In this document: positions 9,334 through 17,647 of the stretch, piece after piece | Layout of the letters: every line of letters starts with the position of its first letter | How positions within the stretch are numbered: position 1 is the first letter of the stretch | DNA from: a virus | Taxonomy: Duplodnaviria > Caudoviricetes | DNA length: 35,927 bases | Strand: one strand, 5' to 3' | IMG/VR virus record: IMGVR_UViG_3300012667_000243 | Span: 1 to 35,927 of that record | Notes under the pieces: model-generated | Told to the model about the DNA's origin: nothing | The model's input: only the letters and a program-made list of their open reading frames with translations | The model's database searches: none | Position numbers and translations under genes: made by a program

Positions 9334-9912
9334 ATGGAAATGTCTTTCTCAGTAACGGGGCTAAAAGAGCTTAATGCCGTTCTGGAAGAATTGGCAGATG
9401 AAGTTGGCGACAAAAAAGTAAACAGCAAAATCTTAGTCCCAGCCGTAAGAGAAGCAATGCAAATTGTTTTGCGCCAAGCTCAAGCCGCCGCGCCCGTTGA
9501 TACTGGTGGCTTGAAATTGTCGTTACAAGTCGAAGCCCGTCGCCCAACCCGTAAAGACAAGCGTTCAAAATACGTTATGAACAGCGACACAGTGATTGCC
9601 GCAGTTACTACCGCGTCTGGCAAAAAGCTGGCAAAAATGAGCGAAGGCGCTGGTTTGGTTCAAGCGCGTAAACGGCTGGCAAAGCTGGATGACGACGCCC
9701 ATGTGGGTGCGTATCAAGCTCAGAATTTTATGGGCGTAGATAGCGACGCTAGGGCTATTGCTCAAGAATTTGGGACTAGACACAACGGGGCGCAACCATT
9801 TTTGCGCCCTTCGTTAGAATCTAACTCTCAAACTGTTGCTCAGTCATTGGGCGACATTATTAAGAGGCGCATTGAGAAATTCAAAGCCGCGCCGCCAACT
9901 AAACGAAAATAA
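9334..9912 (+). CDS. HK97 gp10-like tail/neck protein
   Basis: VTGLKEL, APVDTGGLK and QEFGT...AQPFLRPS signature motifs. Confidence 0.88.
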   Translation: MEMSFSVTGLKELNAVLEELADEVGDKKVNSKILVPAVREAMQIVLRQAQAAAPVDTGGLKLSLQVEARRPTRKDKRSKYVMNSDTVIAAVTTASGKKLAKMSEGAGLVQARKRLAKLDDDAHVGAYQAQNFMGVDSDARAIAQEFGTRHNGAQPFLRPSLESNSQTVAQSLGDIIKRRIEKFKAAPPTKRK

Positions 9913-9924
9913 GGAAAACACGAC

Positions 9925-10413
9925 ATGACAAAACTCGCATCTGTGCTGGGGTCAAAATACGAAAGCAAACGCAGTGGATTGTTCATTCGCGCTTTTGAGC
10001 TGGGTGGACACACTTTCAAGGTTCGCATCCCAAGCGTTGCAGAATCCGACCAAATTTACGCAAAGATTGCCGCGCCCGATGAGGCTGAGGTAGAAGACGC
10101 TTACCAAAAAATTGTTGCGCCTTTGATGCAGTTCCGCAATCAAAAAGACCTTGATTCTGAGTTTGAATTTACCGAAACCGACGTGCTAATTGACGGTCGT
10201 TCACTACGCGAAACAGCCAAAACCAAAATTCAAACACAAGTGCGAATTACTGAGTTTATCAAGTTGCTTGTGCCTGAAAATCCCAAAGACAGCCTTGAGA
10301 ATTTGACTTACGCAGACGTGGAAGCTGAGTTCCCAATTGCTGTGCAAATGGCGCTGATTGAAAAGATTGCTGAAGCCGTTAGCCCTAACTACAAGGAATC
10401 ACGGGGAAACTAA
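9925..10413 (+). CDS. Tail assembly chaperone (lambda gpG analogue)
   Basis: Upstream of the tape measure gene; ends in slippery G GGA AAC TAA. Confidence 0.8.
   Translation: MTKLASVLGSKYESKRSGLFIRAFELGGHTFKVRIPSVAESDQIYAKIAAPDEAEVEDAYQKIVAPLMQFRNQKDLDSEFEFTETDVLIDGRSLRETAKTKIQTQVRITEFIKLLVPENPKDSLENLTYADVEAEFPIAVQMALIEKIAEAVSPNYKESRGN
10404..10410 (+). other. Programmed -1 ribosomal frameshift site GGGAAAC
   Basis: X XXY YYZ heptamer just before the stop. The -1 frame reads CTA ATT GGC TCG TTG with no stop, into ORF 10422..10769. Confidence 0.85.
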
Positions 10414-10769
10414 TTGGCTCGTTGCGGAAGCAGGTCGAAACGGCCTTAATCTTCAACGGGCATACGCATGAAACCATTGCCGAATTGGATGACGTAACAA
10501 TGGCTAATTTGCAGACAATGTATGCTGACGGGTTGCTGGGAAATCGTGGCATCCTTGAGGTGCTTTCAGCCCTGACAAATGGCGTATTTAACTATATGCG
10601 CCCGTCAAATTCTCCAGCTTACAAACTAGCCAACATTATGGGCAGGGCGTATGATTACGTCTATCCCCCGCAACCTGTTTCCAAAGATGCGGTAAGTGAA
10701 AGTTTGTTGGTGTTTATGTCACAAGCACCGGGCTTTTCCAAAGATAAGTTTGAGGTAAAACATGGCTAA
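10410..10769 (+). CDS. Frameshift extension of the tail assembly chaperone (gpGT analogue)
   Basis: Open -1 frame with only a TTG start and no RBS; overlaps the tape measure start. Confidence 0.78.
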   Translation, partial: LIGSLRKQVETALIFNGHTHETIAELDDVTMANLQTMYADGLLGNRGILEVLSALTNGVFNYMRPSNSPAYKLANIMGRAYDYVYPPQPVSKDAVSESLLVFMSQAPGFSKDKFEVKHG

Positions 10770-12603
10770 TATGCTTGCCCGATTGGGCGTGGTTCTTGGG
10801 TTAGATAGTGCCGAATTTTCAAAAGGCATTGCCGCCGCTGAAAAAGACCTAGCCAAGTTTGCCGCCCAAGCCGCAACATATGGCAAGGTCGCCGCTACTG
10901 TTTTTGCTACAACAACGGTGGCGGCTCTTAAATTCGCCGATGAAATTGCTGACACAGCTAAAGCCAACGACATTGCTGTTGATTCAATTTTAAAATTACA
11001 GCACGCTTTACAACAATCGGGCGGTGAGGCGGCAAACGCAGGTCGCCTGTTAAATTCTTTTAATTCGTTTGTTGATAAAGCGGCTACTGGTAATTTTGAA
11101 GCTCAGCAGTCGTTTAAGCAAATGGGTGTTTCGCTTAAAGACATTGGCAATTTATCAATTGACGATTTATTTAACAAAGTTGCCGAAAGTCTTGCCAAGA
11201 TTGACGACCCAATTACACGAAACGCTAAAGCCGTAGAGGTTTTTGGTAGGGCAATTAAAGGCGTTGACCTTGTTGGGTTTAATCAGCAATTGGAGCATGG
11301 AACTGGTTTAACCGCAGAGCAAACGCAGTCAATTATTGATGCTGGTGACGCTTGGGACTTGCTGGCAAAAAGGATGCACGATGCAATGGTGGCGTTTACC
11401 GCGTTTGTTGGTACGCCTGCATTAAAAATGCTTGAGTATCTTGATAGCTTGCCAAATTATATTGATACAGTAAAAACAGCTTTTCAAAATTTAGGCAACA
11501 CAGTCGCATTTGTTAACAATTTAACCGCCGCATTTATTATGCGCGATGTTGCATTGTTGAAAAGAACAGTAGAAGATTATCAAAAAATCAAACAACAAAT
11601 TGCCGATGGAAATACTGCTCCCACTGGTGACGAAAAACCTGATGGTAAAAACCCGCCAAAAGATACTGGACCTAAACGCACAGTTAAAGTAGCGGTAGAC
11701 AAAGAAGCCGATGCAATTCAAAAAGTAATCAACAAGCTAAAAGAAAAACAAGCCGCCGAACAGTTAGCTTACGAAACAAAGCAACAAATGTTTGAGATTG
11801 ACCGTGCTGGTCAATATATGCTCAAAGAAGACGTTACGCTGGCAAAAGAGATTTTTGAAATCAAAGCCAAGCAAAAGGTAATGGTTGACGAAATCAACCG
11901 CGCTGAAAAGATTAGCCCTAAACAAAAAGCAGAGCTGGTTCAAGCCGAAAAAGATATTGCCGACGCTGCTGAAAGACAAGCACGCGCACGCGCTGAAATC
12001 GCAAAAGCCGACCGAGCAAAAAGTTTTGGCACGGGTTTTAGCAATGAAATGGCTAGGTTTTTTCGAGACGCTCCAACTGAAATGGAAAACGGCGCACGTG
12101 CGTTTCAGTCAGTGGTTGGTAATATGGATGCTGCGCTGTCTAACTTTGTGCGTACCGGAAAGCTTAATTTTAAAGACTTAACCCGTAGCATTATTCAAGA
12201 CTTGATTGCTATTCAAATGCGAATGGCGATTATTGGTTTATTCCGAATGGCTTTTGCTGGTGGTAGTGGTGGGGCAACAGTTGGCGCTCCAGTTGATTCG
12301 TCAATTATTGCAACACCGACATTGGCGGCAAATGGCGCTGATGCGCAAGCGGGGCAGCCGTTTTATGTTGGTGAGCGCGGCCCTGAATTGTTTGTTCCAA
12401 ACGGTAATGGCACTATTATTCCTAATGGTTCATTTGCTGGAGCAATGGGTGGTGGTGGCCCAACAATTAACTACAACGGCCCGTATATTGCAAGCATGAG
12501 TGCTATTGATACGCAATCAGCAAATCAATTTTTGGCAAAAAACAAAATGGCTGTATGGTCAGCTAACCAGAGCGCAACCCGTTCAGTTCCAGTTTCGAGG
12601 TAA
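10762..12603 (+). CDS. Tail tape measure protein
   Basis: LGVVLGLDSAEF N-terminus, helical Ala-rich body, lambda-type FVRTGKLNFKDL and VGERGPELFVP C-terminal motifs. Confidence 0.93.
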   Translation: MANMLARLGVVLGLDSAEFSKGIAAAEKDLAKFAAQAATYGKVAATVFATTTVAALKFADEIADTAKANDIAVDSILKLQHALQQSGGEAANAGRLLNSFNSFVDKAATGNFEAQQSFKQMGVSLKDIGNLSIDDLFNKVAESLAKIDDPITRNAKAVEVFGRAIKGVDLVGFNQQLEHGTGLTAEQTQSIIDAGDAWDLLAKRMHDAMVAFTAFVGTPALKMLEYLDSLPNYIDTVKTAFQNLGNTVAFVNNLTAAFIMRDVALLKRTVEDYQKIKQQIADGNTAPTGDEKPDGKNPPKDTGPKRTVKVAVDKEADAIQKVINKLKEKQAAEQLAYETKQQMFEIDRAGQYMLKEDVTLAKEIFEIKAKQKVMVDEINRAEKISPKQKAELVQAEKDIADAAERQARARAEIAKADRAKSFGTGFSNEMARFFRDAPTEMENGARAFQSVVGNMDAALSNFVRTGKLNFKDLTRSIIQDLIAIQMRMAIIGLFRMAFAGGSGGATVGAPVDSSIIATPTLAANGADAQAGQPFYVGERGPELFVPNGNGTIIPNGSFAGAMGGGGPTINYNGPYIASMSAIDTQSANQFLAKNKMAVWSANQSATRSVPVSR

Positions 12604-12605
12604 TT

Positions 12606-13292
12606 ATGGGCCTTACAGACATTCTTGCAATCAGCGAATCGGTCGGCATTAACGACCAACGATTCATTGGGCAATCAATTAGCCGAAACCAACGCATCAG
12701 CACATCCGAGGTGCTTACCGTTGTGCCGTTTGTGTTTGAAATGAAGCCAATGAACTATTTGCTTTACAGTCAAAATCGTGGATTGTTAAACAGTTTGCGT
12801 GTTCCCGACCGAGCTTTAGAACAGTATTTAAATTTTGGTTCGACGGGATGGATTAACTACATCCAATATCAAGGCGACATGAGTTCTGTTGATTTAGCGG
12901 CTTGCCAATGGCAAACGTCGTCAGCCAACAAAACTTTAGTGCTTGGCAATTTGCCGACAATGCCTTCAACTGATTACATTGTCAAAGCAGGTGACTTTTG
13001 CCAAGTGGGTCGTTACGCATATATTGCAACGGCTGACGTTCAACGTGGCGGCTCTGGCACAACCGAAGTAAACATTCCAGTTCACCGTTCCTTGATTACG
13101 CCTGTTTTATCAGCGGAAAACGCCGTAATCGGTGAATACGGCACGACAATTAGCTTGGGTGGGTCAACCTATACAGGCGTGACTTTCCCCGTCATCCTGC
13201 GTGATTACCCAACTTATACGCTTGTTCCCATGACTAATGATTCGTTCATTAGCTGGAATGGTGCATTTAAAGCAATGGAATCCGTGTTATGA
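12606..13292 (+). CDS. Distal tail / minor tail protein
   Basis: First gene after tape measure; beta-rich with VKAGDF motif. Confidence 0.65.
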   Translation: MGLTDILAISESVGINDQRFIGQSISRNQRISTSEVLTVVPFVFEMKPMNYLLYSQNRGLLNSLRVPDRALEQYLNFGSTGWINYIQYQGDMSSVDLAACQWQTSSANKTLVLGNLPTMPSTDYIVKAGDFCQVGRYAYIATADVQRGGSGTTEVNIPVHRSLITPVLSAENAVIGEYGTTISLGGSTYTGVTFPVILRDYPTYTLVPMTNDSFISWNGAFKAMESVL

Positions 13293-13894
13293 ACATCATT
13301 ACGCCTGTTGATGGAACAAACAACATTCGCCATGCGGAGTTTGTGCGAGTGTCAACTGACACCGGAATTTATCTTTTTTCTACCGCGCCTTACTCAATAA
13401 CGGTTTCCGCTGTTGATGAAAACCCGTTTGACGGTTTGGGGCAACTGGTAAACATTGGCGACGCAACGCGTGACATTAAAAGCACGGCAAACGAGACTTC
13501 TGTAACGCTGATTGGTATTGATACCGCTTTACTTGGCTGGGTTTTGGGCCAAAACGTAAAAGGTTCATTGCTTGAAATATGGCATGGATTTTTTAACACT
13601 GACAACGAGTTAATTACGACCGGTGGAACTGGTGGTTTGTATAAGTTTTTTACTGGCAACATTTCAACTTTTCAAATCAGTGAGCAATGGGATGAAGAAA
13701 ACAAAGCGTTTTTAGGTGTCATTACCGTAAGCGCGTCTTCAACTCAGCTTATTTTGCAAAACCGAACAGCCGGTAGATTTACCAACAATAACTCTTGGCA
13801 GTTTTTCAACAACGGCGACACTTCAATGAACCGTGTGCCGTTTTTGGAATCAATCAATTACCCATTCGGCAAAGGCGCAAAGGCCAACAGCTAA
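13289..13894 (+). CDS. Minor tail / baseplate hub-like protein
   Basis: FDGLGQLVNIG, FFTGNIS and terminal GDTSMNRVP pattern; ATGA-coupled within the tail operon. Confidence 0.65.
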   Translation: MNIITPVDGTNNIRHAEFVRVSTDTGIYLFSTAPYSITVSAVDENPFDGLGQLVNIGDATRDIKSTANETSVTLIGIDTALLGWVLGQNVKGSLLEIWHGFFNTDNELITTGGTGGLYKFFTGNISTFQISEQWDEENKAFLGVITVSASSTQLILQNRTAGRFTNNNSWQFFNNGDTSMNRVPFLESINYPFGKGAKANS

Positions 13895-14325
13895 TGATTC
13901 GATTTGCTAACGCTTTTGACAACGAAAAGATTAAAGCGTTGCTGGTTGACTTTCACAAGTCGTATCAGCATCCGCTTTCTTCTGACATGAGCAAATGGTC
14001 GATGGAGCATATTGACAAAGTTTTGGCGCATCTTTACGCGGGTCGCGGGTTTGTTTTGGTAGACAAAGAATTGACCGGTGTTTTGGTTGCTGTAAAAGTC
14101 CCGTGCTTTTGGATACCAGATGTTTACACGCTTCAAGAAACCATGTGGCATGGAAAATCAGACCGCGTGAAGGTCGAATTGTTGCGTGAATATTTTAAAA
14201 TTGCGCGACAATGGGTAGACGAAAACAAGGTGTCAGATTTTTATTTCAGCACCTACGGTAATGCCAATTTTGAGAGACACCAAATGAAACGAGTGAATAC
14301 TACTTGGGGCGTAAATTATGACTGA
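13894..14325 (+). CDS. Hypothetical protein, possible GNAT-like fold
   Basis: TAATG-coupled start; MIRFA..D N-terminus, LTGVLVA and LQETMWH strands. The acetyl-CoA loop looks degenerate. Confidence 0.5.
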   Translation: MIRFANAFDNEKIKALLVDFHKSYQHPLSSDMSKWSMEHIDKVLAHLYAGRGFVLVDKELTGVLVAVKVPCFWIPDVYTLQETMWHGKSDRVKVELLREYFKIARQWVDENKVSDFYFSTYGNANFERHQMKRVNTTWGVNYD

Positions 14326-17300
14326 AGCAGTAGCGGCATGGATTGTTGAGGCTGGTATTGCTAGCGGTACAACGGCTACTGTATTAGCTTACGGTACGGT
14401 TATTGTTGCGTCTGTTGTTGTTACGCAAGCATTGGTTAGCCAACAGCTTGGCGGTTCAATGGGTGCAAATGGCGGTTATGGTGCGGCTCAACAAAATCCG
14501 GGTTCACGAACGCAGTTACCCCCTGCTGGTAGCAACAAACTTCCAGTGGTTTACGGCTCTGCTTATGTTGGCGGCATCATTACCGACCTGAGCATTACTA
14601 ACGACAACCAAAATCTTTACTATGTGATTGCCTTGTCAGAAGTGACAAACACACAAGACGGCGGTTCGCCTGATGAAATATCTTTTGGAAATATTTATTG
14701 GGGCGGGAAAAAATGCGTAATGACTGGTTCATCTGTTGTTTCGTTACTTGATGAATCCACTGGCATTTATGACACAAGTGTAAATGGTAAATTGTCAATT
14801 TATCTTTACAAAAATGGCTCTTACAACGGCTGGAATACTTCGGATTCCGCAATTGATGTAATGCAAGGCACTGGTTTATCGTATCAATGGGATGACAATA
14901 AACTAATGTCAAACTGCGCGTTTGCTATTGTTAAATTAACTTATAGTCAAACAGCCAACCTTACGGGATTAGCTCAAACGCGTTTTCAAGTAATCAATTC
15001 ACGCACCAATATTGGTGATTGCATTTTTGACTATATGACTTCAAGCCGTTACGGTGCGGCAATTGCTTCTGACAAAGTTAATTTGGCAAGCATTGATGCG
15101 CTTAATGTTTATGGCAATGAGATTATTACTTACACAAATTCTTCTGGCATTTCTTCAACGCAAGCAAGGTTTAAGTTTGACGGCGTAATTGATACGACCC
15201 AAACAATTATGCAAAACTTGCAAACAATGTCTACAAGTTGCGATTGTTTGATTCGATACAACGAGATTGAAAGCACATGGGGCGTAGTTGTGCAAAGCCC
15301 GTCTGCCAGTATTGTGATGGATTTGAATGACAGCAACATGGTGTCAAGCATTTCCGTTAGCCCAATTGATATTTCAAATACTTACAACATAGTCGAATGT
15401 AAATATCCCGACGGCTCAGCAAAAGACTCTTTCAGCACTGCTACTTTTGACCTTGCTGTGCTTGACCCTGATTTAATGTTCAATAATGAACCCGTCAACA
15501 AACAGTCAATCAATTTAAATTTAGTAAACAATGACGTTCGGGTGCAGATCCTTGCTAATCGGTTTTTAAAAGCCGCCCGTGAAGATTTACAAATTCAGTG
15601 CCAAATTAACTATTCGGGTATTCAGCTTGAGGCTGGGGATATTGTTACGGTTACAAACTCTAACTACGGCTGGACAGCCAAGCCGTTTCGCGTAATTAAA
15701 GTAACCGAAGTTTTTGGCTCTGACGGTAACATTACAGCAACACTAAGTCTGTCTGAATACAATGCAACAGTTTACAGCGACGCGGATGTAACTGAGTTTA
15801 CCCCCGCGCCTAACACTGGCATTGGTGACCCTACATTTTTTGGGACAGTCCCAGCGCCTACGGTAACCGGTTCTCAGCCTAACATTACCAACCCTTCTTT
15901 TGGCGTGGTAGTGACAAGTTCAAGCTCTGGCATTACACAATATGCAGAAGTTTGGTATTCGGCTTTTGCGTCGCCAACACCCGACCAATTGATTTTTGCT
16001 GGCACAACCGCCATTCAATCAAGCGGAAATCCATATAACACCAACGCGGTATTGCCAACCGTTACCTTGGCAAATATCCCGTCGGGTAACTGGTATTTCT
16101 TTACCCGAATGGTAAACAGCTTGGCGTCGTCTATTTACAGTCCGGCAAGCACGCTATTCCAATGGCGACCTACAACATTCCAATACACCGAGCGCTATCT
16201 TTGCGTGGCTTATGCGGATGACATTGCTGGAACTGGTTTTACGTTTGACCCGCGTGGCAAATCTTATTACGGATTGCTCAACAACGACAGTGGTACACCA
16301 AGCGTAACCGCATCTGATTACACTTGGTATTTAGCCCAGCCAACATTTGGCACGGTTTACTATCTGCTTTACACCAACCGAACCGGTCGCAAATTTAGCT
16401 TTGCCACTGGCACGGCTGACTACGCATCTGGCACTGGTATTTTTGTCCCAACTCAAACCGGAACATACGACCCGTCTATTTGGCAAGCGGTGATTGACGG
16501 AACAAACACAATTGACCTTGACGCAAGAACGGGCCAACTGATTCGCACTGGCACAACGTCTGTAAGCTCAGGACAAATTGCTGTTACAAACAATTCAGAC
16601 GGTTTAGTGGTTGCTTCATTGCAACAATTCTTAGACTTTGGAGCTGGGGTGACAACCTTAACCGGTTCGGCATCTACGCTGACAATTGACATTTATGGTC
16701 GAGTGTTAGGATTTACGTCGCCCGACGGCTTTTATTTCACAATTGACAACTTTACAGCAACAGCAGGTCAAACAGTGTTTACGCCTGTTGCGCGGCAAGT
16801 TGGTTACATTGTTGGTCAAGACTTGGTGTTCCGTAATGGAAGCCTTATTGATACCGCAGATTACAGTGAAACGGGCATAGAAGTAACAATGAACAACGCT
16901 TGCGTAGTGGGCGAACAAGTTGTAATACTTTCATTCCGTTCCGCAAGTTCTGGTAACTATTACGAATATTTAAATATTGCCGTATCTTCCGTAGCTGGCT
17001 CTGTTGTTACTTATGATGCAAGCACGCTTCCATATCAAATTATCAACGCTGGTGATACGATTACGTTTGCCAACACTGGAAGCCCAACTCAATACACGGT
17101 GCTATCAGTAAACTCTGCAACTCGTGAAATCACAATGACGACAACAGTTACCGGTGTTACGGCTGGAGATTTGGCTTATCGTTACCGCGTAAACGGGTCT
17201 TCGTATCCAGCATTTAGCCGATATACAACTACATTGTCTTCCGCAGGTTCTTACACGCCAACAACATGGGCGGTAAATAGCGGGTTTGAAATGCTTTTCT

Positions 17301-17647
17301 TAAATGGTTCGTCATTTAACGAGCAAGATTACGACATTGTGGGCGGTCAAATTAACAATTTCCCAGCCGCCGCAAGTGGATTTTTTACCATTATTCAATT
17401 TGCACCAAACAACCTTGGTGTCCCAGCAAGCGGTGTTGCAAACACGGTAACAAACTCAGTTAACGGGACGGCAACTTATGCGTTTTCATACACCGCAGAG
17501 GCTTTTGACCTTTTTTATAACGGCGCATTGCTGACACAAGGGACTGATTACACAACAGCAAGCGGTAGTTATACTCTTACACAAACGCCGACAAACAGCA
17601 CACAAATTCTTCAACAGCAAACATTTAACCGCACGGGTGCCGCATGA
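14318..17647 (+). CDS. Tail tip / central fibre protein (gpJ-like) with C-terminal repeated beta domains
   Basis: LPVVYGS, DYMTSSRYG and LEAGDIVTV motifs, an FnIII-like segment, and three NG..L...DY repeats. Confidence 0.85.
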   Translation: MTEAVAAWIVEAGIASGTTATVLAYGTVIVASVVVTQALVSQQLGGSMGANGGYGAAQQNPGSRTQLPPAGSNKLPVVYGSAYVGGIITDLSITNDNQNLYYVIALSEVTNTQDGGSPDEISFGNIYWGGKKCVMTGSSVVSLLDESTGIYDTSVNGKLSIYLYKNGSYNGWNTSDSAIDVMQGTGLSYQWDDNKLMSNCAFAIVKLTYSQTANLTGLAQTRFQVINSRTNIGDCIFDYMTSSRYGAAIASDKVNLASIDALNVYGNEIITYTNSSGISSTQARFKFDGVIDTTQTIMQNLQTMSTSCDCLIRYNEIESTWGVVVQSPSASIVMDLNDSNMVSSISVSPIDISNTYNIVECKYPDGSAKDSFSTATFDLAVLDPDLMFNNEPVNKQSINLNLVNNDVRVQILANRFLKAAREDLQIQCQINYSGIQLEAGDIVTVTNSNYGWTAKPFRVIKVTEVFGSDGNITATLSLSEYNATVYSDADVTEFTPAPNTGIGDPTFFGTVPAPTVTGSQPNITNPSFGVVVTSSSSGITQYAEVWYSAFASPTPDQLIFAGTTAIQSSGNPYNTNAVLPTVTLANIPSGNWYFFTRMVNSLASSIYSPASTLFQWRPTTFQYTERYLCVAYADDIAGTGFTFDPRGKSYYGLLNNDSGTPSVTASDYTWYLAQPTFGTVYYLLYTNRTGRKFSFATGTADYASGTGIFVPTQTGTYDPSIWQAVIDGTNTIDLDARTGQLIRTGTTSVSSGQIAVTNNSDGLVVASLQQFLDFGAGVTTLTGSASTLTIDIYGRVLGFTSPDGFYFTIDNFTATAGQTVFTPVARQVGYIVGQDLVFRNGSLIDTADYSETGIEVTMNNACVVGEQVVILSFRSASSGNYYEYLNIAVSSVAGSVVTYDASTLPYQIINAGDTITFANTGSPTQYTVLSVNSATREITMTTTVTGVTAGDLAYRYRVNGSSYPAFSRYTTTLSSAGSYTPTTWAVNSGFEMLFLNGSSFNEQDYDIVGGQINNFPAAASGFFTIIQFAPNNLGVPASGVANTVTNSVNGTATYAFSYTAEAFDLFYNGALLTQGTDYTTASGSYTLTQTPTNSTQILQQQTFNRTGAA

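Noticed and set aside
13795-13893. N-terminal extension of the GNAT-like ORF given by the track
   Set aside because: It overlaps the upstream gene; TAATG coupling supports ATG 13894. Starts were trimmed similarly for portal, NinB, the MazG-like gene and others.
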